DNA of 63,910 nt, counting the filler, from Diploschistes diacapsis (taxonomy: Eukaryota): the NCBI GenBank assembly GCA_023645945.1. It is 9 parts of 9 records of this genome, joined end to end, with 100 filler letters (N's around TTAATTAATTAA, not from the genome) between each part and the next. Parts side by side here need not be neighbours in the genome. Positions count along the whole stretch, not along the records: positions 9,265 to 13,792 come from JALAIB010001689.1; positions 13,893 to 40,862 come from JALAIB010000169.1; 7 more parts are not named here. One strand, given 5' to 3'. The position numbers and the translations under genes were made by a program. The notes beneath the pieces were generated by a model, which had not been told where the DNA came from, ran no database searches, and was given only the letters and a program-made list of their open reading frames with translations. Of this stretch, positions 11,149 to 26,383 are shown one piece after another. Each line of letters starts with the position of its first letter. The first letter of the stretch is position 1.

Positions 11149-11483
11149 TGGGCATGGCGAAGCTCATGGCCATATTTATTGAAAAAGTGAACTTTCTAAA
11201 CGCAGTAGAAGGTTGAAAGCGGAAATTTACCGGCACTTACATTGCACAATATAGCGGAAAGGTAAGTAGAGTCTCAAGAAATCTAATCAACAATAAAGGG
11301 AACTACAGTGGCGTGGCAAATCACATATGATGAATGGAACAATCTTTTCAGAAAGAGAAAGTAAATGATGGATATCTTTGCAAGTCCCAATAAATGTCCA
11401 ATATCCTTGGGTATATCCATTTTTCGCCGGAAAGATGCATGCTCTCCTCTCCAATGCAGAACTTGATAGAATAAATCGCCAAC

Positions 11484-13223
11484 TTATTCAACCCGCGGTT
11501 TCTTCCTAACGACACCCAGGCCCAGAGCCCTAGGTTCATTGGCCTGCCTCGAAGATGGGGCAGCTTGCTCAACGTTGCCTTCAGCGTCCTCTGCAGGTCT
11601 TTTCTTCTTTCGTACCAGACCTGCTCCCAAGGTCTGCACTTTGTCGCCCACAGCTTGCGTCGTGCGGCCACTGCTATCGTGTTCGACACTTGGTACCTCT
11701 CCATTTGAAGCTTGAAGAGGAGGCGCGAAACTGGTGTTCTCTCCAACCACCTCATATCCCCATTCCCAGCCTTGCAGGCTTGACTCTTGAGCTACGGCGA
11801 GAAGAAAACTCTTTGTGCTCCGGAGAGCCAAATCCACGTTCGCATAGTCCGTCCTCTCCAGGGTTTCTAGCACGTTTTTGTAAGCTGCATCCTTTAACAA
11901 CTGGGCACCAGCCGGCACATTAGTAGATTGCTTGGCTTTAAGAAGAGGTTGAACCTCGGGCGCCATGGACGTTTGCTCTTGCTCTGATGTTTCCTTGACT
12001 GCCTCGCTTGTAGCTTGTGGTTGAGAAGAAGGCACAGGCGATGGCAATGTTTCAGGTAAAGCCTGAGTTGAGGGGCCTGGAGGTGCGTTTGTAAGGAGTG
12101 GATCGGTGCCCGACCCGATGGTCTGTGGATCTTGAGGCGTAGGCAGCTGAGGCCCAGCCTCAGGTTCCGAGGAGGTGCCGTTAGAATCTGTATGCTCAGC
12201 TCTTGCTTTCAGAGGTTCGTCACGGAGGCCGGAAGGTTCGAAAAGCACCCACAAAAATCCGACCAGTCTTCCTGCGGCACATTCCTGCCTGAAGGTCATC
12301 AACTCCCAGAATTGTGGCAGACTGCGCACACTACGCCAGCGACCTTCTTGCAGGTCGTTTGATAGCAGAGCGCTTGACCTTGACGCTTCGTCTGGTAGCT
12401 CATTATCCAAGTCAACAACAAACCGAGCCTTAGGGTCGTCCGGAAAACGCGGTATGTAGCACCGAGGCGGAAGCCCAATCGGTTTGCCCAGTCGTGCGAG
12501 GGGATCGCCCGATGTCCATCGAGGAGCTGCTCCTGGTACAGCAGGCGAAGCACGGGGGAAGTAAGCCCGTGTTTCGTGAGCATCGCAACCCGGTACTACG
12601 AGGTATGCGTGTGCTGTGAAGGCTGGCTCTTCCGTCCTCAAAGGTGTAGACGCCACCGGCTGCGATTGGTGTGGTATCTTCGCTGGCGCATATTCGTCCA
12701 GTATAGTGTTCACGACCCGACACCACCACTTTATTAAGCCCCTATCGTCCAGCACATGTTTGTCGCTGTTCTCAACGCTGCCGGGGAATAGGTACTGGTT
12801 CTGTGCTCGCGCAAACAGAGACAGAACCAATCGCGCATCTTTCCTCCTCTTAGCCTCAACCAGGTATTCTAGAAATATAGACAGCACGGTTTTGATGGGC
12901 GAAGGGGTGCCGCTGGGGAGATTTAGGAGGCGAAGGTAGCCAGTAGAGTCCGCCTTTGACACGAAGAGTGTAGTGAGAGCATCTGTAGTATAGATGAGCA
13001 CCTCGATTGCAAAGACTTGCAAGGGTGCTTGATTGTGCAATATAGAAGCGCTAAGAAAATGCGATTCGCAGAACGTCAGTTCGGGCTGTTGGTTTGGTGG
13101 AGCGGAGAATAGCGCCGGACATTGGAAAGGCTCGCTAACGATATGATGGAAGTGAAGACAAACTGAAGCCGGCAAAGCACGAGCAAGACGACTTTGTAAA
13201 GGTTCTGTCAAAGCTGAAGCCAT
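11484..13223 (-). CDS. RTT109: Histone H3K56 acetyltransferase Rtt109
   Basis: Intronless 579-aa ORF with FVSKADSTGY, SLFARAQNQYLFPGS..N..KHVLDDRGLIKWW, PRFPDDPKARF and FWELMTFRQECAAGRLVGF. Confidence 0.95.
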   Translation of the reverse strand: MASALTEPLQSRLARALPASVCLHFHHIVSEPFQCPALFSAPPNQQPELTFCESHFLSASILHNQAPLQVFAIEVLIYTTDALTTLFVSKADSTGYLRLLNLPSGTPSPIKTVLSIFLEYLVEAKRRKDARLVLSLFARAQNQYLFPGSVENSDKHVLDDRGLIKWWCRVVNTILDEYAPAKIPHQSQPVASTPLRTEEPAFTAHAYLVVPGCDAHETRAYFPRASPAVPGAAPRWTSGDPLARLGKPIGLPPRCYIPRFPDDPKARFVVDLDNELPDEASRSSALLSNDLQEGRWRSVRSLPQFWELMTFRQECAAGRLVGFLWVLFEPSGLRDEPLKARAEHTDSNGTSSEPEAGPQLPTPQDPQTIGSGTDPLLTNAPPGPSTQALPETLPSPVPSSQPQATSEAVKETSEQEQTSMAPEVQPLLKAKQSTNVPAGAQLLKDAAYKNVLETLERTDYANVDLALRSTKSFLLAVAQESSLQGWEWGYEVVGENTSFAPPLQASNGEVPSVEHDSSGRTTQAVGDKVQTLGAGLVRKKKRPAEDAEGNVEQAAPSSRQANEPRALGLGVVRKKPRVE

Positions 13224-13892
13224 TGAGATGAATCTCCTCCATTGAAGATCCGCGAAGTCAATAAATGCGCTCCGGACGCCGAGATGATGCGCTGGAGACG
13301 CGACTTAGTAAAGCCACTTACGGAACGCTTCAGCTCTCTGAGTCAAGTCTTTCTATTCTCGGATGCGCTGAACAGACTGTCTCTATACACCCAATAACGA
13401 TATAGATACGGCCTTGTGAGCCATTCCTCGTGTGGCACATACACTGCATCAACAAGATGCAGACCAAGAACATAAACACCAGTGGCAGTACACTGGAAAT
13501 AAGCCCACGTGCATGAAAAAAAAACAACCTTGTTTCACCGCTTCAAGATGAATCACTGAAGCAACTTGCAACATACGTGCAGGCCCTTCCCAAGAACAGA
13601 GAACAGAAAGTAGAAAAGGCATGTATATAGCTCCCGAGCCCCGACCTTGTGATCCAAGTACAGTGTTCCTCGTCTCATCCATTCTCCCTAGCAAGCTCAA
13701 TCGAGCCTCTCACAGATCCCCCCTCCCCTTCCTACAGAAGAACCCAAGCGACCTTCCTCATTCCCATTCCCGATCCCAAAAATGCCCCTCACNNNNNNNN
13801 NNNNNNNNNNNNNNNNNNNNNNNNNNNNNNNNNNNNTTAATTAATTAANNNNNNNNNNNNNNNNNNNNNNNNNNNNNNNNNNNNNNNNNNNN

Positions 13893-14282
13893 ATCATAAA
13901 TCTTAAATTATCTCTAAAAAAAAAACTCTTTAATAATAAAAATAACGAATATAAATTAATCCCGAACAATAATTAAAAATATTTATAAAAATAAACACAT
14001 CCTTTTTTACGAAAATAAAATCGTGTTTATATATAATCAGCTCGCTCGCCGCTTATTATAAACTTAACGAGCGATGCCCTCGAAACTCGCCGCTTATATA
14101 AATAAACGCGACCATCGAGCGGTAACGAAAGCCCGCTCGCCGTTCACGAGAATAAGCGCGAGCAGTGAACGCATCACGTGACCCCCGGTCCCGTGGCTGA
14201 TCTATATACAAAGCTAGGACGTGCCAAGTCTGGTACTTGGATCGTAACAGATTATAAGAAATAAATTTTTAATTTTTATAAA
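13893..14282. repeat. AT-rich repeat remnant with short CTCGCCG repeats
   Basis: Very AT-rich contig start with several CTCGCCG(C/T)T motifs at about 14040-14145. No ORF. Confidence 0.35.
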
Positions 14283-14651
14283 AGTTGTTAACGCGCGTTA
14301 GGCGAAAGAATAAGCATTTTACGAGATTAATAGGTAAGAGAGGTAGAAATAAGTTAAAAAAAAGAGGCTGATAATATTTCAGATTATTAGAATATATAAG
14401 AATAAAAAGATAATCCCGAAAGGAAGATTAATTATCTTAAGGAAACTTCCTATCGCTAGCGTCGTCGACGCTAACGATTAGACATGATAAAATGAATCTA
14501 TAAAATCAGTTATAACTACTATTCGATCTATAGGGCTTTAAATTAATTATTTTAAGAGATATTTTATTTTAAATATTTATTATTATAGTTTTGTTATTGT
14601 ATCACGTGTTCGGTAACTAGGGTCTGCTCGGGTACTAGGGTCACGACTCTA
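14283..14651 (-). mobile_element. End of a Tc1/mariner-pogo-like DNA transposon, copy 1
   Basis: Reverse complement of 54351-54719 over about 370 bp. The shared terminus TA-GAGTCGTGACCCTAGTACCCGAGCAGACCCTAGTTACCGA has an internal direct repeat, and homology ends within 2 nt beyond the TA. Confidence 0.75.
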
Positions 14652-14955
14652 CCGTATTCTACTAGTAATACCCTACCGACTACTTTACTACTACTGTACA
14701 TCCACGTACGTCCATGCCGGCTATCATTTTTCACTGCACTTTACCACCCGTGAGAAAGAGTATAATAATTGGCTTGGAAATGGCGATTGCAAGTATTGAC
14801 AGCCAAGCATCGAGGGTGGACTAGCACTTGCCCTGCAAGTGTGCCAATTTGCTTCCAGGCAGAGTAGGTCCTGATCCCGTTCGCAACTAGCACTCGTCTT
14901 TTCTTTCGTCCCTACTATATCTCCTTTCTACAGTGTAATCGGAGCGTCCCTGGAC

Positions 14956-17903
<2,948 letters not shown>

Positions 17904-18429
17904 GCATAGTTTGTCAAGCCATACCGCGATATCTTGCTCATTCAATCCCGTTCAACCTGCACCGAGATTTCTGATAAAAAGTCAGTGTCTTTAAAACATG
18001 CAGACGGCCTAAGGTCACATGGTTATTGTATCTAGATTCTACTTCTTCGAGGCAATACTCCGACCTGCGCGCATCTATTGCTCCCTGTACGGTTGCTACC
18101 AAGTTCCCCCAAAAGGTTGACTGGTTAACTCGAGGGCAAACCCACTCTCATTTTGCATTGATGTGAGGCATTACAGATAATGTTGCCACACAGGGATGAT
18201 TTGAGAAAGCATTTTGGCTAGCACAATCGGAAATTCTATCCTTTGGCAGCTAAGAAAGTCTAGAACTTCCTTAAGAACCCTTTTGAGCTATTGTCAAGAC
18301 TGGAAGTCGTACCCAACTCTTCCCTATTCAGTCCACACCGCCTCACCATTGATCGAACCGTATGCCCATTCTCGGATCTTCTCGCGCAAGGTAGATCTGA
18401 ACGGAAGGGCGCACTTCGGCGCCTCATCC

Positions 18430-20697
18430 TTACAAAGCACGGTGACTCTTGCCTCGCCAACGCAGAGACAGCTCGTGGACCTCCTCGTCCGCACGCTCGT
18501 AGTCCTTGCGCTTCTTTTCGAGGTTGCTGCGTAGCTTGCCTTCCTCGAGACGCAGCCTTCCGACAAGCTTCCTGAGCCGCCTGACCTCTTTCCCGACCGA
18601 TGCCGTCTCGGTCGCGTGTTCGCGGCGAAGGCTGCCTTCTTCCTCTTCTTCCGTGGTAAGCTGCTTGTCGCTGACGCGAAGCTCGTGATGGTGTTCCTTG
18701 ACCTGGTGCTCCAGCTGCGCAAGCTCGGACTTCCTCGCCGACAGGGACTCGAGGCGTTTCTCTAGGTGCTTGTCCACCATGCGCTTTTCGCCCGCTTCCT
18801 CTTCGAGATTCGCGCTACCGCGAGCGCTTGGCTGCAGATACGTTGTGCCTGCGTTGGTATGCTCCTGGTGCCGTGTGGCCTTATCGGAGCGGCGATCAAC
18901 GCGACGACTCTGATGCAGGTGGAATAATCTGCCGAAAAAGGACGGGCTGTCCTCCGAATGGTGGTCGCTTGAGCTCTTCGAGGACGGAGTTTCTGGTGTC
19001 TTTACTGCCTCCTTGGCCCGGGTGAAGCTGGTGAGTGGTGAGAGAATGCCTTGATCCGGGCTCTGAGGCTGGGCTGTGAATGCTTGGGCGAGGGCTTTTC
19101 GACCTTTGTGGTGTTGGCGCTCAAAAGTATAGATAATTTGCGCTTGATGAGGAGATCCACTGCTACTTGCAAACGAACTGCGAGGCAATGACCCATTCAT
19201 AGAGGGCGCGGACTGAGGTGTAGCGCACTGTACCACCGAAAAACCATCGGATAGCTGTCCAAAGACTTCCTCTTCAGCTTGATAGAGAGTGGAAGGAATC
19301 TGGATTGCGAGACCTCTGCCACGGTTTGTTCCGCGCATGCTCCTGCTAATGGATTCTGTGATGACGTGGTCGTTCAAACTCGTTGTCTTTTGTGCTTCTG
19401 GCTGCGGCGACGCTGCGCCTCTAAACTTAAGGATTATCGGCGAACAAAAGGGCGACGATCGATCTGTCAGTACCGTTTCTGTTGCGAGTCTGATGGAAGG
19501 GATCAAGGGCAAATCATGATCGGGTGGTGAGGACGATGGGGGGCCATATGGAGAATGCATGCTATCGAGACTTCTCTGGAGGTTTTTGTACTTCGCTCGA
19601 TCCTCTTTATCATCCTTGACATCGTTCTTTGCAGGCATCGACGTAAGGTGCCGCGGCAGCTGTGAGAACCGAGTTACCGCCATTTCCTCTATACTACCCT
19701 TGCCCTTGGGCCCTTGATAATGCTCTGAGAAATGTGTTCTCTCATCCATCTTCTTCAGGAAGGCAAGGCAGTCATCACTGGTGAATACTTCACCATCGTC
19801 TGAAGAGTCGTTGGACCATAGTACCAAGCCATTATAGGAAACTGCTTCCTGTTCCTCTGTTACCGGCCACTGGCCCATTATCTCCTTAGCTGGAGTCTCG
19901 TCGAAGACCAGAAAGCTTTTCTGCATCTTGCGCATCTCTTCGATGATGTCAAGCCCATGCTCACTTAATCCAGCAGGCGATGCGTAGAGCTCGGGACTTT
20001 TCATTGGGCTGGTACTTGGAAGGTTGGAAATTGCATCTGCCAATGTGATCGATGAGGTTGGGCTTGATAATGGTGACACATGAGTGGGAGATCGTTTATG
20101 CTTGACGAAGCCTTTGGGCTTTGGCAAGGTGGGAGGTTCTGCCGTGCGTTGGTGAGTTTCTGAGTCTCCATGCGTACTTCTGCCACTGAATTTACTAGGT
20201 GTGAAAGAGCCTTGATCAGGCTGATCTGGCGTATCCATTTCTCCTTGACTTGAGCTTACACCATTAGGCACACAGCCAAGGTGGTCGCTTTCTGAAGTGT
20301 CTCTATCGGCCTTTGTCTGTCTCTTCTTAGAAGCTGTAGCTTGCCCATCCATTCTGGCCGCATTCAAGAAGTTGCTCATCTCATGGATCATCTCGATATA
20401 ATTCTCTCGATCCTCTCGAACTTTCCATGCACTTTCGTTCCGGGGCTCCATCCTGCGTCCCGGGCTTTTTTGGACCGGCCGAGCTCGGCTATCAGTGTAT
20501 AACGCTGCAACGGTCTTGTCTGGCGTGTAGTCTCCTAGTATATCTCCAAAAGTTGTGGTATGGCTACAGTTACCGACCAACGGAGAGCGCTTTTCAGTAG
20601 CATCAATTTTGCACATGGCATCCATGTCGAAAATCTTTCCAGCTTCTTCTTGCCTTCCTAAACAATCTTTATACTTTTTAGTTACTAAAATCCGCAT
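18430..20697 (-). CDS. Hypothetical Ser/Pro-rich protein with C-terminal coiled coil
   Basis: 755-aa uninterrupted ORF with heptad-rich C-terminus (KRLESLSARKSELAQLEHQVKE...). No family recognised, and the true 5' end is uncertain. Confidence 0.65.
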   Translation of the reverse strand: MRILVTKKYKDCLGRQEEAGKIFDMDAMCKIDATEKRSPLVGNCSHTTTFGDILGDYTPDKTVAALYTDSRARPVQKSPGRRMEPRNESAWKVREDRENYIEMIHEMSNFLNAARMDGQATASKKRQTKADRDTSESDHLGCVPNGVSSSQGEMDTPDQPDQGSFTPSKFSGRSTHGDSETHQRTAEPPTLPKPKGFVKHKRSPTHVSPLSSPTSSITLADAISNLPSTSPMKSPELYASPAGLSEHGLDIIEEMRKMQKSFLVFDETPAKEIMGQWPVTEEQEAVSYNGLVLWSNDSSDDGEVFTSDDCLAFLKKMDERTHFSEHYQGPKGKGSIEEMAVTRFSQLPRHLTSMPAKNDVKDDKEDRAKYKNLQRSLDSMHSPYGPPSSSPPDHDLPLIPSIRLATETVLTDRSSPFCSPIILKFRGAASPQPEAQKTTSLNDHVITESISRSMRGTNRGRGLAIQIPSTLYQAEEEVFGQLSDGFSVVQCATPQSAPSMNGSLPRSSFASSSGSPHQAQIIYTFERQHHKGRKALAQAFTAQPQSPDQGILSPLTSFTRAKEAVKTPETPSSKSSSDHHSEDSPSFFGRLFHLHQSRRVDRRSDKATRHQEHTNAGTTYLQPSARGSANLEEEAGEKRMVDKHLEKRLESLSARKSELAQLEHQVKEHHHELRVSDKQLTTEEEEEGSLRREHATETASVGKEVRRLRKLVGRLRLEEGKLRSNLEKKRKDYERADEEVHELSLRWRGKSHRAL

Positions 20698-21209
20698 TTC
20701 AGACTAGCCCTCTGTTTACCTTTTCTGTGCAGACATCAGCTCCAAGGAAGTTTATGATGGTTGTATCTTTCTTCAAATAATAGAGGCCCTGGCAGATAAT
20801 GCCATTATCATACACCCGGGATGTGTCATTGTTCGAGAATCTTAGCTCGAGCTGTCCAGTATTTGTTACAAGGATTGCTAGATAAGGTATGAGTGGTAAA
20901 TCAAGTAACAACAGTTAGACATGCTGAACAGTTCTGAACATAGCTGAAATAACTTTCAAGGCAACACCAACTGATTGATGGCTTAATGGAATGAGAATCG
21001 AATGAGCAAGAGTATCAAGCATGCAAACCATGGGGTAATGCACCAAATATACATTTTGCGGCTGAATCGAACCTCGTAGATTCACTCTTTCCATCTGTAA
21101 ATGACGATTCAACAGGGTTGCCAGAACGGCCAGCTTCTATATAGATGACTGTACAAAGTTGTTGAAATACGCTCTGGGTGTATCAAGTCAAACAAACAGC
21201 CGTTCTTTC

Positions 21210-23701
21210 TTAACTAGGTACCTGTATTCTCTTCAATACTTTATCACGATGGTGTCTGTTTTTAAGATGGACCTCAAAGTTATTCACACCAAGGTTTAGA
21301 TCGGGAGTGTAAAGTTTGCCTGGACAATCCTTGCACTTGATCCGAGGGTAATAGCAGTATTTTGTATCGGGAGGAAGAGGTTCGTCGGATTTAATTGTAA
21401 ACGGCTCGTCCGTATCTTTAGACACAGCAGTGTAACGCATAGTCCCTTCAAAGAGGTCTTGCGGGTACCTTTCTTGCAATTGACTCAATGCCTGCAACAA
21501 AGTGGCCGGGGGAGGAGGCTAAGATGTAGTTAGAGTGTGTGCCCGATGGAGGAATGATCACTACTTACGATCGGATTTTCCGGCCCAGGTGGACCGGTTG
21601 CGTCTACCCGGCCGAGTTGAGACGTGGCACCGTGCCTCGATGTTTGTGGAGCATGCGAGGACTGCGAGTTTGGAGTGCCATTAGGCTGTGCGGGAAGTAC
21701 TTGGGACTGCATACGTGGAGTTGATGCAGGCGGACCCATTGATGCCGGTGTTAAAGCGGGTGCTGCTGAGGACTGTCGAGAAACCGGGCGAACTGGAGTT
21801 AATTGAAGTGCATCTCGACTTCTGGACATTAAACCATGAAGTAATTGCTTAAACTTCTGTCGTGGGAGACGTAGCTTGACAATCTTTGTGACTGCGGGTT
21901 CTGGACTGCTCTCATCATGGATGATCCGACGTCCCGACGTTCTAGTTTCGTGATGGTGAAGATTAATTGAGTCTGGCGTAGCCGATCGACCAAGATTCGC
22001 ACGCGTTGCAGCTTGCGCAGCCGTTGCAGCACCTCTCAACCCCCTGGTGCGCGCAGTACCGGAAAGGAATTGAAGATTCACGGCTGGAGAACCCATAGAA
22101 GAGTTTTCGCTCTCGGAATCATCCGAATCTTCAAAGTCATCCATCCTGGGTATCCCACGTCTACCCCGGTTTGAGGCAACCACCTTCTTCAATAGCCTCC
22201 TGTCTTCAAAAGATTGCACGGCGCCCGGTAGTACAGAGGATACAAGCAGGGTCCGTATTGTTCGCCGTCGATCTTTCAGATCAGGAAGTACCGGGCCACC
22301 GCGCCGATTGACAGAGCGTTTCTGTCGTCGCTCTTCCCTGGACATCGACATTTCATGCTTTTCGAGCTCCTGTTCGTTCCACTCGTACAAATAGGGAGTA
22401 AAGTCCTTAGCAGCTTGGTGAGGCCGAAACACAGAGGGCAGAGGCGAGGGTTGAAAACTTCCGAGCAGCTCGTGATCCTCAACTGGCCGGCCATCAAAAG
22501 GATGACCGGTAATATAGAGGCTGCGAGTGAAAAGCTGGCATTGTTCTCGGATGGAGTGCGCGATAGCTGTGGTAAACTCACCACTCAATGAAAGGTCGGC
22601 TGCCAGTTTCTTTGCGAAATCTTCGGGGCTGTTAAGTGGGTTGTTGATATCCCACTCAAATTGATCAATCAGTGTGTGTTGACCAATTGTGATGTTGAGC
22701 TTGATAATCAAACGCATCTCGTCGTTTTTGTAAGCGAAGTAGGGCAGTAAAGGGTCCAGCGCCTCTTCTCCAACAAACACATGTGGGTGGAAGTCACTTA
22801 TCTGCTCAGCCATGCTGCTCACGATCTGAGTGACGAGAGTCTCGCTGTGAGAGAGTTCCGGACAGATATCTTCGACAAGCTTTTGGGCAAAAAGCTCCGG
22901 TCGGACAACTCGGTCGTGGATGTTCCAGGTAAAAGTATCCCGAAGCCGGATCTTGTCCCATTCAATATCCAGGCGAATTGGCACAAGCTCATCAACCTGT
23001 TCTGCTTGTGTCGCTTGATCTTTCCTACTAATGCGGAGTTCCCTAGTTCTCCTATTTCCAGGACGTCGACGTGCAGCAGGTACAATTACTTTACCATCTC
23101 TAGGAGTCGGAACGTCCTGAAGCCCATTGCCATACCCGGCATAGCCCAGACCGAGGTAGTCTATGTTGTAATTCTGGGGTGAATGCCCTAACCGACCTTG
23201 TAATTCCATAAGCTCTTTATTTTTTTGCTCGAATATTTTGACGTGATACTCATGTCCTTCCTCAACAGCTGCATCATGTAGTTGTTGACGATTGACGAGG
23301 GTCTCGATTATTGGCTGTGAGCGGTCGGGCTTTGATCGCTTTAGTTCAGCGCTTTGCGGTGATCGTGATAACCTAGATCCAGACCTGGATCTCTTGCGAC
23401 TCGGAGATACTGAACGGGCTTGTTGCTTAGAAGATACAGCTCCCAACGCGCCATTAGGGGCGGCAATAGTAGAGGAAGATGTCTCGCTTGGTAAGCTTGG
23501 CCCTGCCATGAGAGCCTCTATTTCCTGTTTGGCATTATCAACAGCTCTTGTCTGCACATGATCCTCCGCGCTCCTCGAGTTAGCCACGAGCAACCCGTTA
23601 CCATTGGGCGTGTGACTGTGTCTAGCTCCACTTTGCAGACTGTCTGCGGTGATCCTGCCTTTGCTTACGGCTTTCGGCGAGAGCGATTGTTGAGAAGGCA
23701 T
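21210..23701 (-). CDS. SNF5: SWI/SNF chromatin-remodelling subunit Snf5
   Basis: Two SNF5 repeats (LVPIRLDIEWDKIRLRDTFTWN; RLIIKLNITIGQHTLIDQFEWDIN...PEDFA...EFTTAIAHSIREQ). An intron at ~21519-21568 joins a C-terminal CxxC...H domain. Start MPSQQ at 23701 is inferred, and the ORF is open to 23845. Confidence 0.93.
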
Positions 23702-24486
23702 TGTCGAGGGAAGCGGTTCACCACTGAGTCGGGGTCGTCCATGAGCCCATTGCTTCAATGTCCATGCGAGAACCTGGTATCTATCGTAAGAGGAGCCTAG
23801 TAAACACGCGCTGCGAGATATCGATGCGGTTGGAGTGATCAACATGTAAAATTAGATAGGTGCGTCTGCGGATTACTATAGCACACTCGCTAGATACCAT
23901 GTTGCGATTTGCTCAAAGATAAGAACGGTAGTGAAGACAGAACGAGAAGGAGCAAGATTGGAGCCAGTAATACAGCGTACTCACATCCTAGTTTGAACCA
24001 AAGGCTTGTATCGGCCTGTCAAGCCTTTGATCGGCCTGGTGCGTGCAACTGTCACGATTTGCAGTGATGGCTTCGATAATGGTCAAATCACAGGGAGAAG
24101 AAGAACGGGAGGAGGTGCTGGAACTCAACACAGGGGAACAACGCAGGAGCAGTTCAGGAACAGAACGTCAGGTTTGACTTCTATTCCTGCAATATGGATA
24201 TTGGGAAAGACAGACGGGTCGGAATAATGTATATCCATCTATTGTTTTCCAAGGTCACGTGCTGCGTAGCGAAACTGACCTTTTCTGTGTATGTAGATTG
24301 CTTGCGGGACGTGTTCACGTCTTTTTCCATCATTTCCTTTGAAATCCGCCATTCCTATGCTCTTTTCATCAGGGGTTATTTTCCATGATCCTCCAACTGA
24401 ACCCCAGTTCTCTGGCTAATGCTCACTTTAGCTGTCCCCGAAAGTGACAGCTGCTCCTTGTTCCTGCGTGCTACCATGAGCTAGTC

Positions 24487-25872
24487 ATGACGGGCAAGCA
24501 TCCGTTACCTCCCCAGATTCCGGGCGCCAAAGCCCAAGGACAACTCCTTAGGATCTTACAACAAGAAGTGGCTGCACTCCTCTCGCGCGAGTCACCTCGT
24601 TTCCCAGGGGCGCAACCAGTGTCTTTCTCCGCTAGACATCTTCAAGTCCTCAAACAGCAAGACTACTATGTGTGTGAAAAGTCGGATGGCATTCGCTGTC
24701 TAATGTATCTTACCAGAGACGAAGAAGGCAGGGAACTCACTTACCTCGTCGACCGGAAGAATGACTACTATTGGGTACAAAGCTTACATTTCCCTCTGCC
24801 CGAATCAGAAAAAAGCTTTCACATCAACACTCTCATCGACGGCGAGCTGGTCAACGATCGCGAGCCCAACGGGAGTATTCAGATGCGGTACCTAGTTTTC
24901 GACTGCCTGACGCTTGATGGGATGCAACTGCTTTCACGCACGCTCGACAAGCGGCTAGCGTATTACCGCGACAAAGTCTACGAGCCATATCGCGCTTTAT
25001 ACAACAAGTACCCCGAGGAGAAGCAATACTTGCCATTTGTTGTCGAATTCAAGAAGATGGAAAAGGCATATGGTGTCGAGATGCTCTTCCGCACTATCCT
25101 CCCAAACCTGCCGCATGGGAACGATGGCTTGATTTTCACCTGTCGCAACACGGCTTATAAGCCAGGCACAGATCCAAACACCATCAAGTGGAAGCCTGCC
25201 AACGAAAACAGCGTCGACTTTCGCTTGGAGCTTGATATTCCCTACCGTGAGCCGGACTCCGAGGACGAGCAGAACGGGGTTGATAAACCCTATCCGGATT
25301 ATTCCGTCACGCCCGGCTTCCGGCTGTCAGTTGGCGAGGAAGGGAATCGCACACGCGAATGGGGGAAAATGTGCCTGATGCCAAACGAATGGGAGGAGCT
25401 CAAGGCACTCAACCGGCCGTTAGACGAGGCGATTGTGGAATGTTATCAGGACACATCGCACCGGTGGCGATTTATGCGTTTCCGCGACGACAAATCTCAG
25501 CCGAACCATGTCTCCACAGTTGAGAGTGTATTGGAGAGCATTGAGGACCGCATCGAGGAGAACGACCTGATAGCGATCGGCAAGGATGTCCGGGATGCAT
25601 GGAAGGCACGGGAGAGGGAGGAGCAAATGGCGCGGGAGCGGGAGGAGCAAATGGCACAGGCCCGGAAAAATAGCGAACAGTACGGAAAAGGTGCACCTGC
25701 CGTCCAGAATGGAATGAATGGGCAGCATAGGGACGTATCGTCTGCGCAGAAAAGGAAACTGGCGGCAGTGGATGCGACAGAGCCAGATGTGGCGAACAAA
25801 AGGAGGGAAACGCCGCAACCAGGGCCAGGACCTGCGCCTGCGCCTGCGGCAGATGAAGAGAGAGCTGCGTGA
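24487..25872 (+). CDS. CEG1: mRNA capping enzyme alpha subunit (RNA guanylyltransferase)
   Basis: FPGAQPVS, motif I EKSDG (KxDG), LIDGELV, YLVFD, DGLIF, KWKP and motif VI RDDK..PN. Confidence 0.96.
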   Translation: MTGKHPLPPQIPGAKAQGQLLRILQQEVAALLSRESPRFPGAQPVSFSARHLQVLKQQDYYVCEKSDGIRCLMYLTRDEEGRELTYLVDRKNDYYWVQSLHFPLPESEKSFHINTLIDGELVNDREPNGSIQMRYLVFDCLTLDGMQLLSRTLDKRLAYYRDKVYEPYRALYNKYPEEKQYLPFVVEFKKMEKAYGVEMLFRTILPNLPHGNDGLIFTCRNTAYKPGTDPNTIKWKPANENSVDFRLELDIPYREPDSEDEQNGVDKPYPDYSVTPGFRLSVGEEGNRTREWGKMCLMPNEWEELKALNRPLDEAIVECYQDTSHRWRFMRFRDDKSQPNHVSTVESVLESIEDRIEENDLIAIGKDVRDAWKAREREEQMAREREEQMAQARKNSEQYGKGAPAVQNGMNGQHRDVSSAQKRKLAAVDATEPDVANKRRETPQPGPGPAPAPAADEERAA

Positions 25873-26383
25873 CTGGTCGGATTTTCCGACAACTTAGGGG
25901 CGTTCAGAGAGGAGTCGAAAGGGGCACACTTGGCGTCAATACAGCGATACCCATTGAAGTTTGGAAGCATGCAAGGGCCTGGTTTGAGAAAGGGGGCAAA
26001 ATCTTGATAGCGAGGTACATTTCGTTCTGGCAAGGTAGCTGTCCGTCGCGACAAAGTATCTTAGATATCCCCTCGGTACAGTTGTACGAATTATCAGCCA
26101 TAGAGGGCAATCAAGAGACAGGGCGCGTTGCACAACAAAGCTTCGACTTGAACAAACAGACCTTGCAAAATTGGACGCCGTTTCTTGTTCCTCTAGCTAA
26201 GTCTATCAAGTCATTGATGCCTCGCGTCTTCATATCAAGTAATCATCAAGTCAAACTGCAGCTAGTACCTACTTATGGAAATTGCACCAAGGCGCTACGC
26301 AACAAAATACTGAAACCCGAGAAAAGGCAGGTACGCCGATCGCTGGTGCGCAATAAGAGCCCGTTGCGCTCTTAGATGGTGAA

